Source: an uncultured virus (IMG/VR IMGVR_UViG_3300030329_004627)
Lineage: Duplodnaviria > Heunggongvirae > Uroviricota > Caudoviricetes
Strand: one strand, 5' to 3'
IMG/VR virus record: IMGVR_UViG_3300030329_004627
Length of the DNA: 64,000 bases
Below, in pieces: positions 46,577 through 56,514 of the stretch (its first letter is position 1; each line of letters begins with the position of its first letter). Position numbers and translations under genes: made by a program. The notes below the pieces were generated by a model. The model was not told the origin of the DNA and did no database searches. It saw only the letters and a program-made list of their open reading frames with translations.

Positions 46577-47438
46577 TAATTTTGATTGGGCACTTTTGCC
46601 GAGTGGAAGTGCTAACTATTCCCTTAGTGAAATTGGAATGCTTAGTTCTACTTTGGAGGATATTGATGCCACCATGGTCGCCTGGATAAAAGATTTAGAA
46701 TTATCGGCTATAACCAATGAGGGTTTTAAGGAAACTCCGGTGCTGTGGCAGGCTCCCGAACGCGCGTATCAGATTAAGCACGATAAAGATTTGAGAGACG
46801 ATGCTGGCGCACTTAAGCTTCCTTTGGTTAGCGTAGAAAGAACTGCTGTCACCAAGGACCCTACGCGCAAGGGAGGGTTTCAGGCACATATATATTCCAC
46901 TAAGAAGAATGGACGATCCGGCCGCTTGGTCATAGCGCAAAAGATAGTGCCTCAAAAAACTCAAAATTTTGCGATCGCCACGGGAACACGAAGTGTTTTA
47001 AAGAAAAGCAAGCAGAAATATTATCCGCGCGTTAATCAAAAAGTGGTTATCAAGTCATTGTCTGTTCCTATCCCGGTATACGTCAATATCGATTATAAGA
47101 TTATGCTTAAGACTGAATATCAAACTCAAATGAATGATCTGGTGGCTCCCTTTCTTACTCGCACCGGCCAAATAAACGCGTTCATAATGAGGCGGAATGG
47201 CCACCTTTACGAAGGCTTTATTGACCAGAATTTTGCCCACAACAATAACGTGAGTAACTTGGCAGAAGAAATGAGAATGTTTCAGACCGAAATAACCATT
47301 CGCGTCTTGGGCCACCTTATAGGAGAGGGCGCAAATGATGATCGCCCCCTAGTACGAATAGATGAAAATGTCGTGGAATATCAATTCCCCCAGGAATCTA
47401 CAGTGCCTACTGGCAATCTTAGTTTTTGGGAAGACTAG
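46566..47438 (+). CDS. Tail terminator/sheath stabiliser (T4 gp15-like)
   Basis: Likely ATG 46566 (MLPDNF). PVLWQAPER, LPLVSVER, PVYVNIDY..., QMNDLV. Precedes sheath. Confidence 0.65.
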   Translation: MLPDNFDWALLPSGSANYSLSEIGMLSSTLEDIDATMVAWIKDLELSAITNEGFKETPVLWQAPERAYQIKHDKDLRDDAGALKLPLVSVERTAVTKDPTRKGGFQAHIYSTKKNGRSGRLVIAQKIVPQKTQNFAIATGTRSVLKKSKQKYYPRVNQKVVIKSLSVPIPVYVNIDYKIMLKTEYQTQMNDLVAPFLTRTGQINAFIMRRNGHLYEGFIDQNFAHNNNVSNLAEEMRMFQTEITIRVLGHLIGEGANDDRPLVRIDENVVEYQFPQESTVPTGNLSFWED

Positions 47439-47496
47439 TTCCTGAAGTGAAAAAGCGCTTTTATTAGGATTCGTGAAGCTTTTGGAGATTAAAAAT

Positions 47497-47504
47497 ACTA
47501 TTTA
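47497..47504 (+). promoter_or_regulatory. Putative late promoter ACTATTTA (sheath)
   Basis: Intergenic exact motif. Confidence 0.7.
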
Positions 47505-47555
47505 AACTATGATTGAGACATCAATTAAGTCATTTTTCAAAAGAGGAACAATATA

Positions 47556-50500
47556 ATGTCGGTGAGTAGCTTTAAATTTGTATCTCCTGGGGTGTTTATT
47601 AACGAAATAGACAACTCTTTTATTCCTAAGTCGGCGGACACCATAGGTCCCGTCATCATCGGCCGCGCAGCCCGCGGTCTTGCCATGCAGCCGACCGTAG
47701 TTGAATCTTATTCGGAGTTCGTAGATGTGTTTGGGGGAACTGTCCCCGGTAATGGAGGCGGTGATGTATATCGCGACGGAAATTTCCAGTCGCCCATGTA
47801 CGGAACATATGCTGCTAAAGCTTTTTTAGCTTCTAACGTGGCCCCGGTTACATATGTGCGACTTTTAGGTACTCAGAATACAAATGCTACTTCAGACGGA
47901 TTCGCCGGCTGGAGAACACTCAAAGACCCAGCTACTACACAAATTAGTCAAAATGGTGGCGCCTATGGCATGTTTGTTTTCGCTTCAGGATCTAACAGTG
48001 CTATGGGGAATGGAAAGCTTGCCGCTATTTGGTATGTTGACACATCGGCCTCCGTTTTCTTGAGTGGTACTCTTCGTGGTGGCGGAAGTGGAAGATCTAC
48101 AGCCGCCGCGGCCCGCTCTCAGAATGAAGCAGGCGTTGGAATGGTTATTGGTTCCGATAGCACTGGGCTCTATACTGTATTGATAACGGGCTCTAACGGA
48201 ACTAAAGAAACAATTCGATTTAACTTCGATGATAGTTCTGAGAACTTTATTCGTAAGAAGTTTAATACTAACCCTCAATTGGGAAATGCTGGAGCAACTG
48301 ATTTTTATCCCGCCCATTCCAAGAAACTTTATTGGCTTGGCGAAACGTTTGAGCAAGAATTGCGAGAAGGAGTAACAGATAGCTTAACTGGCGGCGGCGC
48401 CGATCTTTCGGCCGCAGAGACGCAGGCTGTGATACTTCCGCTTGGCTCGGGGTCGGGAGATAACCAGCCCTATAAGATGAATGGCATTAACTATAATGAG
48501 GCTGTCGCAGGATGGTTCATCGGACAGGATACCGGTGCCCCAACAGATTATCAGCCCACCAGTATACAAAAGCTCTTTCGCCTTAAGGGCCGCGGCCATG
48601 GAGCATGGCTGAACCGCAATGTTAAGGTTTCGATTGCTAATATTCGAGCTTCTACTACCACCGTGAGTGATTACGGAACGTTCTCTGTTATTCTTCGCTA
48701 TCTTAAAGATACGGATAACAATATTCAAGTTATGGAGCGCTTTGATAATCTCACGCTAGATCCTGCCTCTCCGGATTTTATCGCACGACGAATCGGCGAT
48801 ATGTATACGGCATGGCAAGAGCCAGATCGAGAATTGCGCGTGTATGGAGAATATCCCAATAAATCTAAGTTTGTTTATGTGGATATGAATACTGACGTTG
48901 AAGCAGGCGCCACCGATCCAGCCCTCCTTCCATTTGGATATTACGGCCCTCCACGGTTTAGCACTATTAGCAACTGGGTTGGCTTAACTGGCTCTTGGGC
49001 CCGATTCGGTGACTTCGCTCAACCCGCCGTTAAGAACGCCTATGTTTATATTGGCACCGAAGGCGCCGTTGGAACGCGCGCCAACGACTTAAGTGGAGCG
49101 CTCGGCGGTTCTCAAACAAACTATCTTTCTGGTGGCGTTCGCTTGACCAGTCGCAGCAGTGGCACCCTCGCTCTGCTGACAGGCACTCTAGTCTTCCCGC
49201 GTGATCGCTTACGGCTCTCGGCTTCTGATGGAGGTTTCTCGCAACAGACAGACGCTTATTTCGGCTTCTCTAGTACTCGTTCACAAACTAGTACGCGCCC
49301 CGACGCTAGTCTGGCAGACGCTCATCGCCTATGGCTTACTAATCTTAACACGGATCCCGTTGGGTCTAATATTTCCGGAGTAGATTCTTATTCTTACATC
49401 TTCACAATGGATGATATTCAGTACTTCTCCAGCGACGGAGGATACGCTTATATCTCAGGATCTCGTAAGTTGGGCGTCAGTTATACCTCTGTCGGAGGAA
49501 ATAGCTATAGAACTCTTCTGGATACAGATATTAACAAGTTTACAGCCCCCTTCTGGGGTGGCTTCGATGCGTTAGACATTAAGAAGCCAGATCCCTTCTA
49601 TAATGAAGGAATTAAGGCCACAACGACGAGCCAAGAGAATAGCTATCCCTATAATACTCTCAAGAGAGCTATCGATACAGTATCTGACCCAGAGTTCATC
49701 AATATGAATCTCATGATCACTCCCGGTCTGACTAACAAATCTCTTACAACGCATATGATTAACGTATGTGAAGAGAGAGCAGACTCTTTGGCTATAATTG
49801 ATTTGCCAGATGTATATATTCCTCCTCATGAGAAATATTACGCTAGCAAAGCATCTCGTATAGGCACAACTCCTACTACAGCTGCCAATTCGCTGCGCGA
49901 TAGAAGAATTGACTCTAGCTATGGTTGTACATTTTATCCATGGGTTCAGACTCGCGACGAAGCAACCGGTCAGCTAGTCTGGATCCCGCCCTCTGTAGCG
50001 ATGTTGGGGGTCTTAGGAACATCTCAGGCTTCTACTGATGTTTGGTTCGCTCCCGCTGGTTTTAATCGCGGAGGACTGACAGATGGAGCTGCTGGAATTC
50101 CAGTGGTCAACATCACCGAAAGACTAACGTCGAAGAACAGAGACACACTTTATGAGAATAGAATTAATCCAATCGCCTCGTTCCCTTCTAGTGGCATTGT
50201 GGTGTTTGGTCAAAAGACACTTCAAGAGCGCCAATCGGCACTTGACAGGATTAACGTGAGAAGACTGGTGATTTACTTGAAGAAGCAGATTTCCATCTTG
50301 TCTACGCAGGTGTTATTTGAGCAAAATGTGGAAGCAACATGGCTAAGGTTCAAAGGCCTCATCGAGCCCTTCTTGTCCAATGTTCAAATTCAGTTTGGTA
50401 TTACCGATTTCCGCCTGATTCTTGACTCGTCGACCACTACACCAGACCTTATCGATCAGAATATTCTATATGCTAAGATTATGGTGAAGCCCGCGCGCGC

Positions 50501-50561
50501 CATCGAGTATATCGCGATTGATTTTGTGATTTCGTCTACAGGCGCATCTTTTGATGATTAA
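47556..50561 (+). CDS. Tail sheath protein (gp18-like), 1001 aa
   Basis: FVSPGVFINEIDNS, WFAPAGFNRG, RINPI, VFGQKTL, DRINVRRL, KPARAIEYI. Confidence 0.95.
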   Translation: MSVSSFKFVSPGVFINEIDNSFIPKSADTIGPVIIGRAARGLAMQPTVVESYSEFVDVFGGTVPGNGGGDVYRDGNFQSPMYGTYAAKAFLASNVAPVTYVRLLGTQNTNATSDGFAGWRTLKDPATTQISQNGGAYGMFVFASGSNSAMGNGKLAAIWYVDTSASVFLSGTLRGGGSGRSTAAAARSQNEAGVGMVIGSDSTGLYTVLITGSNGTKETIRFNFDDSSENFIRKKFNTNPQLGNAGATDFYPAHSKKLYWLGETFEQELREGVTDSLTGGGADLSAAETQAVILPLGSGSGDNQPYKMNGINYNEAVAGWFIGQDTGAPTDYQPTSIQKLFRLKGRGHGAWLNRNVKVSIANIRASTTTVSDYGTFSVILRYLKDTDNNIQVMERFDNLTLDPASPDFIARRIGDMYTAWQEPDRELRVYGEYPNKSKFVYVDMNTDVEAGATDPALLPFGYYGPPRFSTISNWVGLTGSWARFGDFAQPAVKNAYVYIGTEGAVGTRANDLSGALGGSQTNYLSGGVRLTSRSSGTLALLTGTLVFPRDRLRLSASDGGFSQQTDAYFGFSSTRSQTSTRPDASLADAHRLWLTNLNTDPVGSNISGVDSYSYIFTMDDIQYFSSDGGYAYISGSRKLGVSYTSVGGNSYRTLLDTDINKFTAPFWGGFDALDIKKPDPFYNEGIKATTTSQENSYPYNTLKRAIDTVSDPEFINMNLMITPGLTNKSLTTHMINVCEERADSLAIIDLPDVYIPPHEKYYASKASRIGTTPTTAANSLRDRRIDSSYGCTFYPWVQTRDEATGQLVWIPPSVAMLGVLGTSQASTDVWFAPAGFNRGGLTDGAAGIPVVNITERLTSKNRDTLYENRINPIASFPSSGIVVFGQKTLQERQSALDRINVRRLVIYLKKQISILSTQVLFEQNVEATWLRFKGLIEPFLSNVQIQFGITDFRLILDSSTTTPDLIDQNILYAKIMVKPARAIEYIAIDFVISSTGASFDD

Positions 50562-50604
50562 AATCATCTAACTACTAATTAAAAATATATAGGAGTAACA
50601 CATT

Positions 50605-51207
50605 ATGGCATTTTGGACCCAAGCCATGGACAGCACTCAGGCTGACCCAAAAAGAAAATTTAGATTTACTGTACATTTCAATAATATTGATGATGGTGAT
50701 GGAAACGGGGGCGTATTGTGGTATGCTAAAACATGCTCTAAGCCTGCTTTTAGTCTGAGCGCTACGGAGCACAAATATTTGAATCACACCTTTTATTATC
50801 CGGGTTCCGTCACGTGGCAGGATGTTACCCTTAGCTTGGTCGACCCGGTGAATCCAGATATGACTGTGACAGTTGCTCAGATTTTAGAACAGTCTGGATA
50901 TGTTATTCCCGGGGGCACAACGACCGCCGGCCTCGCCACTATCTCTAAAGGGCAAGCTGTGGGCGCCCTTGGACAGATAACCATTCAGCAATTTAATGGA
51001 CAAGGCGAGGTTATTGAGACTTGGACGCTCTGGAACGCGTTCATTACGGAAGCAAAGTTTGGAGATCTGGAGTATGGCTCCGATGAATTAGTCCAGCTCG
51101 ATCTTACTCTCAAGTATGACTGGGCCTCTCTAGATACTAGCGGCAATGGTGGTAAATCGGCGCTCAATTCGGCCGTAGGCGCGCAGTCAGCTTTTAATCT
51201 TTCGTGA
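50605..51207 (+). CDS. Tail tube protein (gp19-like)
   Basis: DPKRKFRF, YYPGSVTWQDVT, ETWTLWNAF...FGDLEY...LTLKYDWA. Follows sheath. ACTAATTA at 50574-50581. Confidence 0.9.
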   Translation: MAFWTQAMDSTQADPKRKFRFTVHFNNIDDGDGNGGVLWYAKTCSKPAFSLSATEHKYLNHTFYYPGSVTWQDVTLSLVDPVNPDMTVTVAQILEQSGYVIPGGTTTAGLATISKGQAVGALGQITIQQFNGQGEVIETWTLWNAFITEAKFGDLEYGSDELVQLDLTLKYDWASLDTSGNGGKSALNSAVGAQSAFNLS

Positions 51208-51217
51208 GATAAATATT

Positions 51218-51246
51218 TTAACAATAGCAGATAGTGGTGCTATAAT
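51218..51246 (+). promoter_or_regulatory. Sigma70-type promoter with extended -10
   Basis: TTAACA(51218-51223)-17 nt-TATAAT(51241-51246), with TG at 51238-51239. Confidence 0.7.
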
Positions 51247-51268
51247 AATATAAACCTAGAGGTGTAAA

Positions 51269-52123
51269 TTGTCAAGAAATAAAGATCGCTTGGGTAACCA
51301 TCAGGTCCAAGCGGCAGATCCGGCGCCCCAGGCGCTACACGGTGAAAACGAGCCGTTTTCATTTGTCGTTCCCACTGAATTTGTAGAGCTGCCTTCCCAG
51401 GGAAGGTTTTATCATGAGCAGCATCCGCTTCATAACGAGACTACCATTGAAATCAAACAGATGACTGCCAAGGAAGAGGACATGCTTACGTCGAGAGCGC
51501 TTCTTAAAAAGGGAGTGGCGCTCGATAGAGTGTTTCAAAGTCTTATTGTCGATAAGCGCATAGACGCGGCCTCATTATTGGTTGGGGACCGAAATGCCAT
51601 CATGGTTGCGGCCCGCATTTCAGGATATGGAAACGATTATACCACTCAAATTACGTGCCCTCAGTGTGCGGCGTCAGAAGAGCATTCCTTCGATTTGTTT
51701 GATATGGGCCTTACCCCAGGAGATGTTAGTGAAGAATTAGGAGTTCAAGAAGTAGGAGTTGGAGTATTTTCGGTGGTGCTTCCTAAAACTAAGTTTGAAG
51801 TAGTATTTCGCCTTTTGTCGGGCCAAGACGAGAAAGCGCTGATGTCGCAAATTGATAATGCTCGTAAGAAAAATCGCGAAGAGAACACCATAACTAGACA
51901 ATTGCGAATGATCACATTGGCCATTAATGGAGATGACTCTCCCCAGGCTATTAATTTCTTTGTTAACAATGTGCCTTCTTTGGATGCCCAGCATCTCCGT
52001 ACGGCATATACATTGGCCACCCCTAATATAGATCTTACACATTATTATTCGTGTAACGAATGCGGATATGAAACCGATTTGGAGGTTCCGCTTACGTCGG
52101 ACTTTTTTTGGCCTAAACGATGA
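51269..52123 (+). CDS. Baseplate hub/tail assembly chaperone (T4 gp26-like)
   Basis: VELPSQG, MTAKEEDML, LLVGDR.AI..AAR, two CxxC pairs, ends SDFFWPKR. Lies between tube and tape measure. Confidence 0.75.
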   Translation: MSRNKDRLGNHQVQAADPAPQALHGENEPFSFVVPTEFVELPSQGRFYHEQHPLHNETTIEIKQMTAKEEDMLTSRALLKKGVALDRVFQSLIVDKRIDAASLLVGDRNAIMVAARISGYGNDYTTQITCPQCAASEEHSFDLFDMGLTPGDVSEELGVQEVGVGVFSVVLPKTKFEVVFRLLSGQDEKALMSQIDNARKKNREENTITRQLRMITLAINGDDSPQAINFFVNNVPSLDAQHLRTAYTLATPNIDLTHYYSCNECGYETDLEVPLTSDFFWPKR

Positions 52124-52127
52124 ATAT

Positions 52128-52364
52128 ATGAAAGGAGTGTATGAGCAGTTCTTCTTTTTAAAATATCATGGAGGCTGGTCATTTAGCGAAGCGTATAATC
52201 TTCCTGTAGGTTTGCGAATGTGGTTTGTTGATCGCTTAATTACGCAACTTAAGAGAGAAAAAGAAGCAGTAGATGGAGCCACTTCGGGCGCCGGATCCGG
52301 AAACACTCAAGAGCTGACGGCGCAGAATCAGCCGCCGCCCCCCGCCTTTATGCAGCGCCAGTGA
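52128..52364 (+). CDS. Small tail-chaperone partner, possibly expressed by frameshift from 51269
   Basis: YEQFFFLKYHGGWSFSEAYNLPVGLRMWF. The frame is open back through the T7 run at 52103-52109. Confidence 0.65.
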   Translation: MKGVYEQFFFLKYHGGWSFSEAYNLPVGLRMWFVDRLITQLKREKEAVDGATSGAGSGNTQELTAQNQPPPPAFMQRQ

Positions 52365-52387
52365 CATCACTGGCGTTTAGTTTTTTT
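52354..52387 (+). terminator. Intrinsic terminator
   Basis: CGCCAGTG-ACAT-CACTGGCG then TTTAGTTTTTTT. ACTATTTA follows at 52395-52402. Confidence 0.8.
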
Positions 52388-52440
52388 ATATAAAACTATT
52401 TACTTGTACAGCTACATCATCGTCATGGAGCGCTCCTTGA

Positions 52441-54939
52441 ATGGCAAAAGATACAGAACAAAAAGCACTAGAATTACAATTAGCTCAGCAGCTCAATGCC
52501 GCGCTTAAAGATCGANNNNNNNNNNAGCTATTAAAGAAGATTGACTCTTTAACCGAGAATCAGGTTAATGCGCTTAGGACACGTTCAGATCTAGAGCAAG
52601 AAATTGTTGATCTTTTGGATGAAAGATCTAAGGCCCTGAGAGAATCTACAACTCATGACGAGGCAGCAGTAGCAGCTTCCCAGCGTTATTTGGAGAATAT
52701 TCAAAAGCTGGGAAATAGCATATCTGAAAATAATCTTAAGCGTCAGGCTCGAAGAGATCTTCACCAGAAAACAATAGCTTACTACCAAAAAGCCATTAAA
52801 CTAGGAGCCGCTAACAGCGCGGAACTCGCAAAGGCTCTCGCTAAAGAGGAAAAGAAGCTAGAAACCCTCGATAAACAAGAAGCCGCGATGGGCCGCGTTC
52901 AAGAGCGCATTAAAAATACTCTTGGGCCAATTCATAAAATGGCAGATGGACTGCGGGAAGGCTGGGAGGCAATGAAGGCCGGCCCAGGCACAGTAGCGGG
53001 CCTCTTCGCATCGTTAGCTATAGGGCCGATTATGGGCCTTTTAAACAAGGCATTTGGCATGCTTAAACGCTCTGTTATAGATGTCTTCTTCGCAATTGAT
53101 AATGTGACTCATGCCTTTCAACGAGCTACTGGTATGGGCGAGAAGTATAACAAAGGAATGATACAGACATTTGACGTTGCGAGAAAATACGGCATCACAA
53201 TGGAAAACCTGGGCGCCCAATATGAAAGTTTAATTGCCAATGTCTCAGACTTCTCAATAGAGACTGAAGCTGCCGGCCGCCGACTCGCAGAAACGGGCGC
53301 TTATTTGGAAAGGGTGGGCATCCAAGCAGACGATTTTGCCAAGGGAGTTCAAAACTCTATGAAAATGTTTGGCCAGAGCATGATGGGGGCCGAAGAAACA
53401 GCAAGAGAGCTTCTTGAAACTTCCAAAGCGTTAGGAATTCCCCCCAAGCAGTTAGCTGCTGATTATGCTAGAATGGGAGGCTCCTTGGCTAAGCTAGGTC
53501 GCGACGGCCCCCAAGCCTTTAAAGAATTAGCCCGCGTCTCCAAAATTACAGGAATGGAGATGGAAAAGGTTCTCCAGATTACGAATAAGTTTGATACCTT
53601 TGAAGACGCCGCCACCATGGCCGGCCAATTAAATGCGGCTATGGGCGGCAACTTTGTAAATGCTATGGATATGATGATGACCACTGATCCAGTTCAGCGT
53701 TTTGAGCAGCTACGTGATGCTATTTCGAACACTGGCTTAGAGTTTGATGATATGTCGTACTATCAGAAACAATTTTTTACTAACGCAATGGGGCTCAGTG
53801 ATGTGGGGGACTTGGCCTTAATGATGTCGGGTAACATGGATATGATGTCCGGCGCAACTCAGAAAAGTGCCGCCGATTATGAGGAGCTAGCCCGACAGGC
53901 TGAAGCCACAATGAGCCTGCAAGAGAAGTTTAACGCATTTTTGGCAGATCTGGCGCCAATTTTAGAAGACTTGATGGACAAAGCGCACGAATGGATGGAT
54001 AATCTTCGAGATAATGATGAATTGATAGAGCGTGTTCGAAATACGGTTGTCACGCTCGCCAAGGGTCTCGAATGGCTTGCGGAAAATTGGGAGACTGTAC
54101 TTGAGTGGATGTGGAAAGTGCCCGCGATTCTTATCACTCTTTCGGGACTTTTCAAAGGCATGAATCTTCTGATCGCATGGCAGAATCGACTTAATATTGC
54201 TAGAATCGCCAAAAGTCCCGCGCTAGTTGCCGCCATGGTGGCGGAAGGGAAAGCGGCGACTGCCCAGGGAGCGATGATGGGCACCGCCTCTATTGGAGTA
54301 GGATCCTTTGGCGTAGCCATGGGTATAGCCGGCCTCGCCATCGGGGTGGTGGTCGCTAGTTTGGGATATTTGATATCGAGTTTTGCGGACTTATTTGAAG
54401 TAATGTCGGAGGAAAATACGAAAGCTTTTGGATCTTTTGTGAATAATCTTTCCCATATAGACACCGGCCTCGCGGCCCGCAACTTACAGAAACTTATTGA
54501 CCCGCTAAACAAGATATCGACAGCTATTAATTCTTTAGATTTGGATAATTTGGTCAACATGAACACGTTGCTAACCGAACTAGATGAAGGCCTAACGGTA
54601 GACACGCCGGGATCCAAAACTTTAGGAAACGTCCTCCACAAGACAAGCACTGCTTTAATGGGCACCCCTGTTCAAAATATACGCGCCCTGACAGATACTA
54701 TGCGCGCCGCCGAAATGGCCGCTAAGGCCGCCGAAATACTTGTGCGCAGCGGAGGCTCTGTGGGTTCCGGCGCACCCCCTGCGGCCGGCGGCGGTAACAC
54801 GCTTCCACCCAATACTTCGCTTGGAACGGTCAAACTGACATTTAACAATCCTCTTTTTCGGGAAAAGGTTGTTGCGATTGCTACCGATACGTACGGTCAG
54901 ATAAAAGTTCAAGAGCAGGTTGAGAAGACTAGCCCGTAG
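52441..54939 (+). CDS. Tape measure protein
   Basis: Long helical Ala/Gly/Met-rich ORF with hydrophobic segments, after tube and chaperones. Contains an N gap, so its length is uncertain. Confidence 0.8.
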   Translation: MAKDTEQKALELQLAQQLNAALKDRXXXXLLKKIDSLTENQVNALRTRSDLEQEIVDLLDERSKALRESTTHDEAAVAASQRYLENIQKLGNSISENNLKRQARRDLHQKTIAYYQKAIKLGAANSAELAKALAKEEKKLETLDKQEAAMGRVQERIKNTLGPIHKMADGLREGWEAMKAGPGTVAGLFASLAIGPIMGLLNKAFGMLKRSVIDVFFAIDNVTHAFQRATGMGEKYNKGMIQTFDVARKYGITMENLGAQYESLIANVSDFSIETEAAGRRLAETGAYLERVGIQADDFAKGVQNSMKMFGQSMMGAEETARELLETSKALGIPPKQLAADYARMGGSLAKLGRDGPQAFKELARVSKITGMEMEKVLQITNKFDTFEDAATMAGQLNAAMGGNFVNAMDMMMTTDPVQRFEQLRDAISNTGLEFDDMSYYQKQFFTNAMGLSDVGDLALMMSGNMDMMSGATQKSAADYEELARQAEATMSLQEKFNAFLADLAPILEDLMDKAHEWMDNLRDNDELIERVRNTVVTLAKGLEWLAENWETVLEWMWKVPAILITLSGLFKGMNLLIAWQNRLNIARIAKSPALVAAMVAEGKAATAQGAMMGTASIGVGSFGVAMGIAGLAIGVVVASLGYLISSFADLFEVMSEENTKAFGSFVNNLSHIDTGLAARNLQKLIDPLNKISTAINSLDLDNLVNMNTLLTELDEGLTVDTPGSKTLGNVLHKTSTALMGTPVQNIRALTDTMRAAEMAAKAAEILVRSGGSVGSGAPPAAGGGNTLPPNTSLGTVKLTFNNPLFREKVVAIATDTYGQIKVQEQVEKTSP
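52516..52525. other. Assembly gap (10 N)
   Basis: Run of N. Confidence 0.98.
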
Positions 54940-54967
54940 ATAGAACAGTACAAGGTAAAAACAACTT

Positions 54968-56476
54968 ATGGCAAACCAAAACGATCTTTTGAAATTTAAC
55001 GCAAGGCGCTTTGGTGTGCCCGCCCCGCGCACTAAAACCAATAAAAATCCGAGAACTAATAGTGAAGCTTATACAGCTGCGGATGATGCTTATGCCAACA
55101 AGGGCATGGAGCTATTATTCGAACACATGCCATCGGGAAAATTAATAAATTTTAAAGCTTTTATAACCTCATATAATGAAAGTTTTGCGCTCGATTGGGC
55201 TTCTGAAACGGTTCTCGGCCGCCTCGATCCGCTGTACATGTTTAAGCAGACAACGCGCAGTGTAACATTGGGCTTTAAGATGCCCGCATCTACTACGGGT
55301 GAGGGTTTTGAAAACGTATATCGGCTAGATAGGCTCCGGAGTTTTGTATATCCTTTGTATGCGGATTCTACGAATGCGCTTAGCATCGCAGAAGCCCCGC
55401 TTGTGCGCATTTCAGTGTTAAACCTGCTAACAGATGGCACCGCCAGTCGTACTTACAGCCAGCTGTTTGGGACCTTAGCTCAATCATCTCAGGGCGCCAA
55501 ACTTCAACATGGCGCTCTGGCTATCATTAAAAATATAAATACTAATTTTAATCTCGGAAATCATGCGGTTTTTGAAGCTGGTTCTCAGGTAGACGGCCTT
55601 CCAATCCGCGGTATTATTCCTCAGTTTATAGAGGTGTCGATAGATTTCACTATAATTCATGATGACATGTTGGGTCACCTGAAGGGGCGTTCTACTCCCG
55701 GTGTTTATGGATTTGATTGGGAAAATTCTACTGCGGTCGATTCACGAACGCTTAAAGCCCAGCGCGCCGCCTCGGCCACCCCTAGTGCCTATCAGGCAGC
55801 GGTTGCCAAGTCCCAAGGCCAGGAGTCTGCTGTGCAGGCCTCCACCGACGAGAGAGCTGCCGCTGGAGCTAGAAAACTTATTCGACTCGATGGGAGCATG
55901 CGCAACCGCTGGAAAACCTCTTCTCGCAAGATCCGTGGCGAAGATTCTTCGGTGGCAGAAAACAGGTCCTGGTCATTTGGCGATATGTTTAACAAAGGAA
56001 GCAAGAAGGAAAAAGTTAGTGAGGCCGTCGCTGAGCAGCCACAGCCTGTAGCAGCTGCCTCAAGCAGAGGGATCCCACTAGATTACATCGCGCCGTCATA
56101 TGCGACAGAACTCCCAACAGCTGCCTCCTTCCATATGGCGGTTACTATTCCTAGCGAAGATATACCGCAAGGCGTAGGCCTCGAACCACACATAGAAAAC
56201 TGGGCCTCCTCTGGAGGCCGCAAGATCGCAGCCGGCCCTAACGCCGGCGCCGATATCCCTGCCAAATTTTCTCTGGATTTGGATGCGGATGATATTCAAG
56301 CTCTTTTGAATGATTGGGACGCCAAGGTGCCGATATATTATCATGCCATTCGCTCTGAATTTGAAGATGGCGAATTGGTAGGAACCTCAGAGACCGGCAG
56401 GTACGTACATGCCGGCGAAGTGGGATGGGGCTTTCTAAATAAATATTACCCCCAGCTTATGGCCGATGAGCCGTGA
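54968..56476 (+). CDS. Tube-initiator-like baseplate protein with ~250-aa C-terminal extension
   Basis: FKAFITSYNESF...W..ETVLGRLDP...FKQTTRSVTLGF, YP.Y, PLVRI. Follows tape measure. Confidence 0.65.
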   Translation: MANQNDLLKFNARRFGVPAPRTKTNKNPRTNSEAYTAADDAYANKGMELLFEHMPSGKLINFKAFITSYNESFALDWASETVLGRLDPLYMFKQTTRSVTLGFKMPASTTGEGFENVYRLDRLRSFVYPLYADSTNALSIAEAPLVRISVLNLLTDGTASRTYSQLFGTLAQSSQGAKLQHGALAIIKNINTNFNLGNHAVFEAGSQVDGLPIRGIIPQFIEVSIDFTIIHDDMLGHLKGRSTPGVYGFDWENSTAVDSRTLKAQRAASATPSAYQAAVAKSQGQESAVQASTDERAAAGARKLIRLDGSMRNRWKTSSRKIRGEDSSVAENRSWSFGDMFNKGSKKEKVSEAVAEQPQPVAAASSRGIPLDYIAPSYATELPTAASFHMAVTIPSEDIPQGVGLEPHIENWASSGGRKIAAGPNAGADIPAKFSLDLDADDIQALLNDWDAKVPIYYHAIRSEFEDGELVGTSETGRYVHAGEVGWGFLNKYYPQLMADEP

Positions 56477-56514
56477 ATATTTTTTTGTATTTCTAGTTAT
56501 TGTGGAGGACATTG

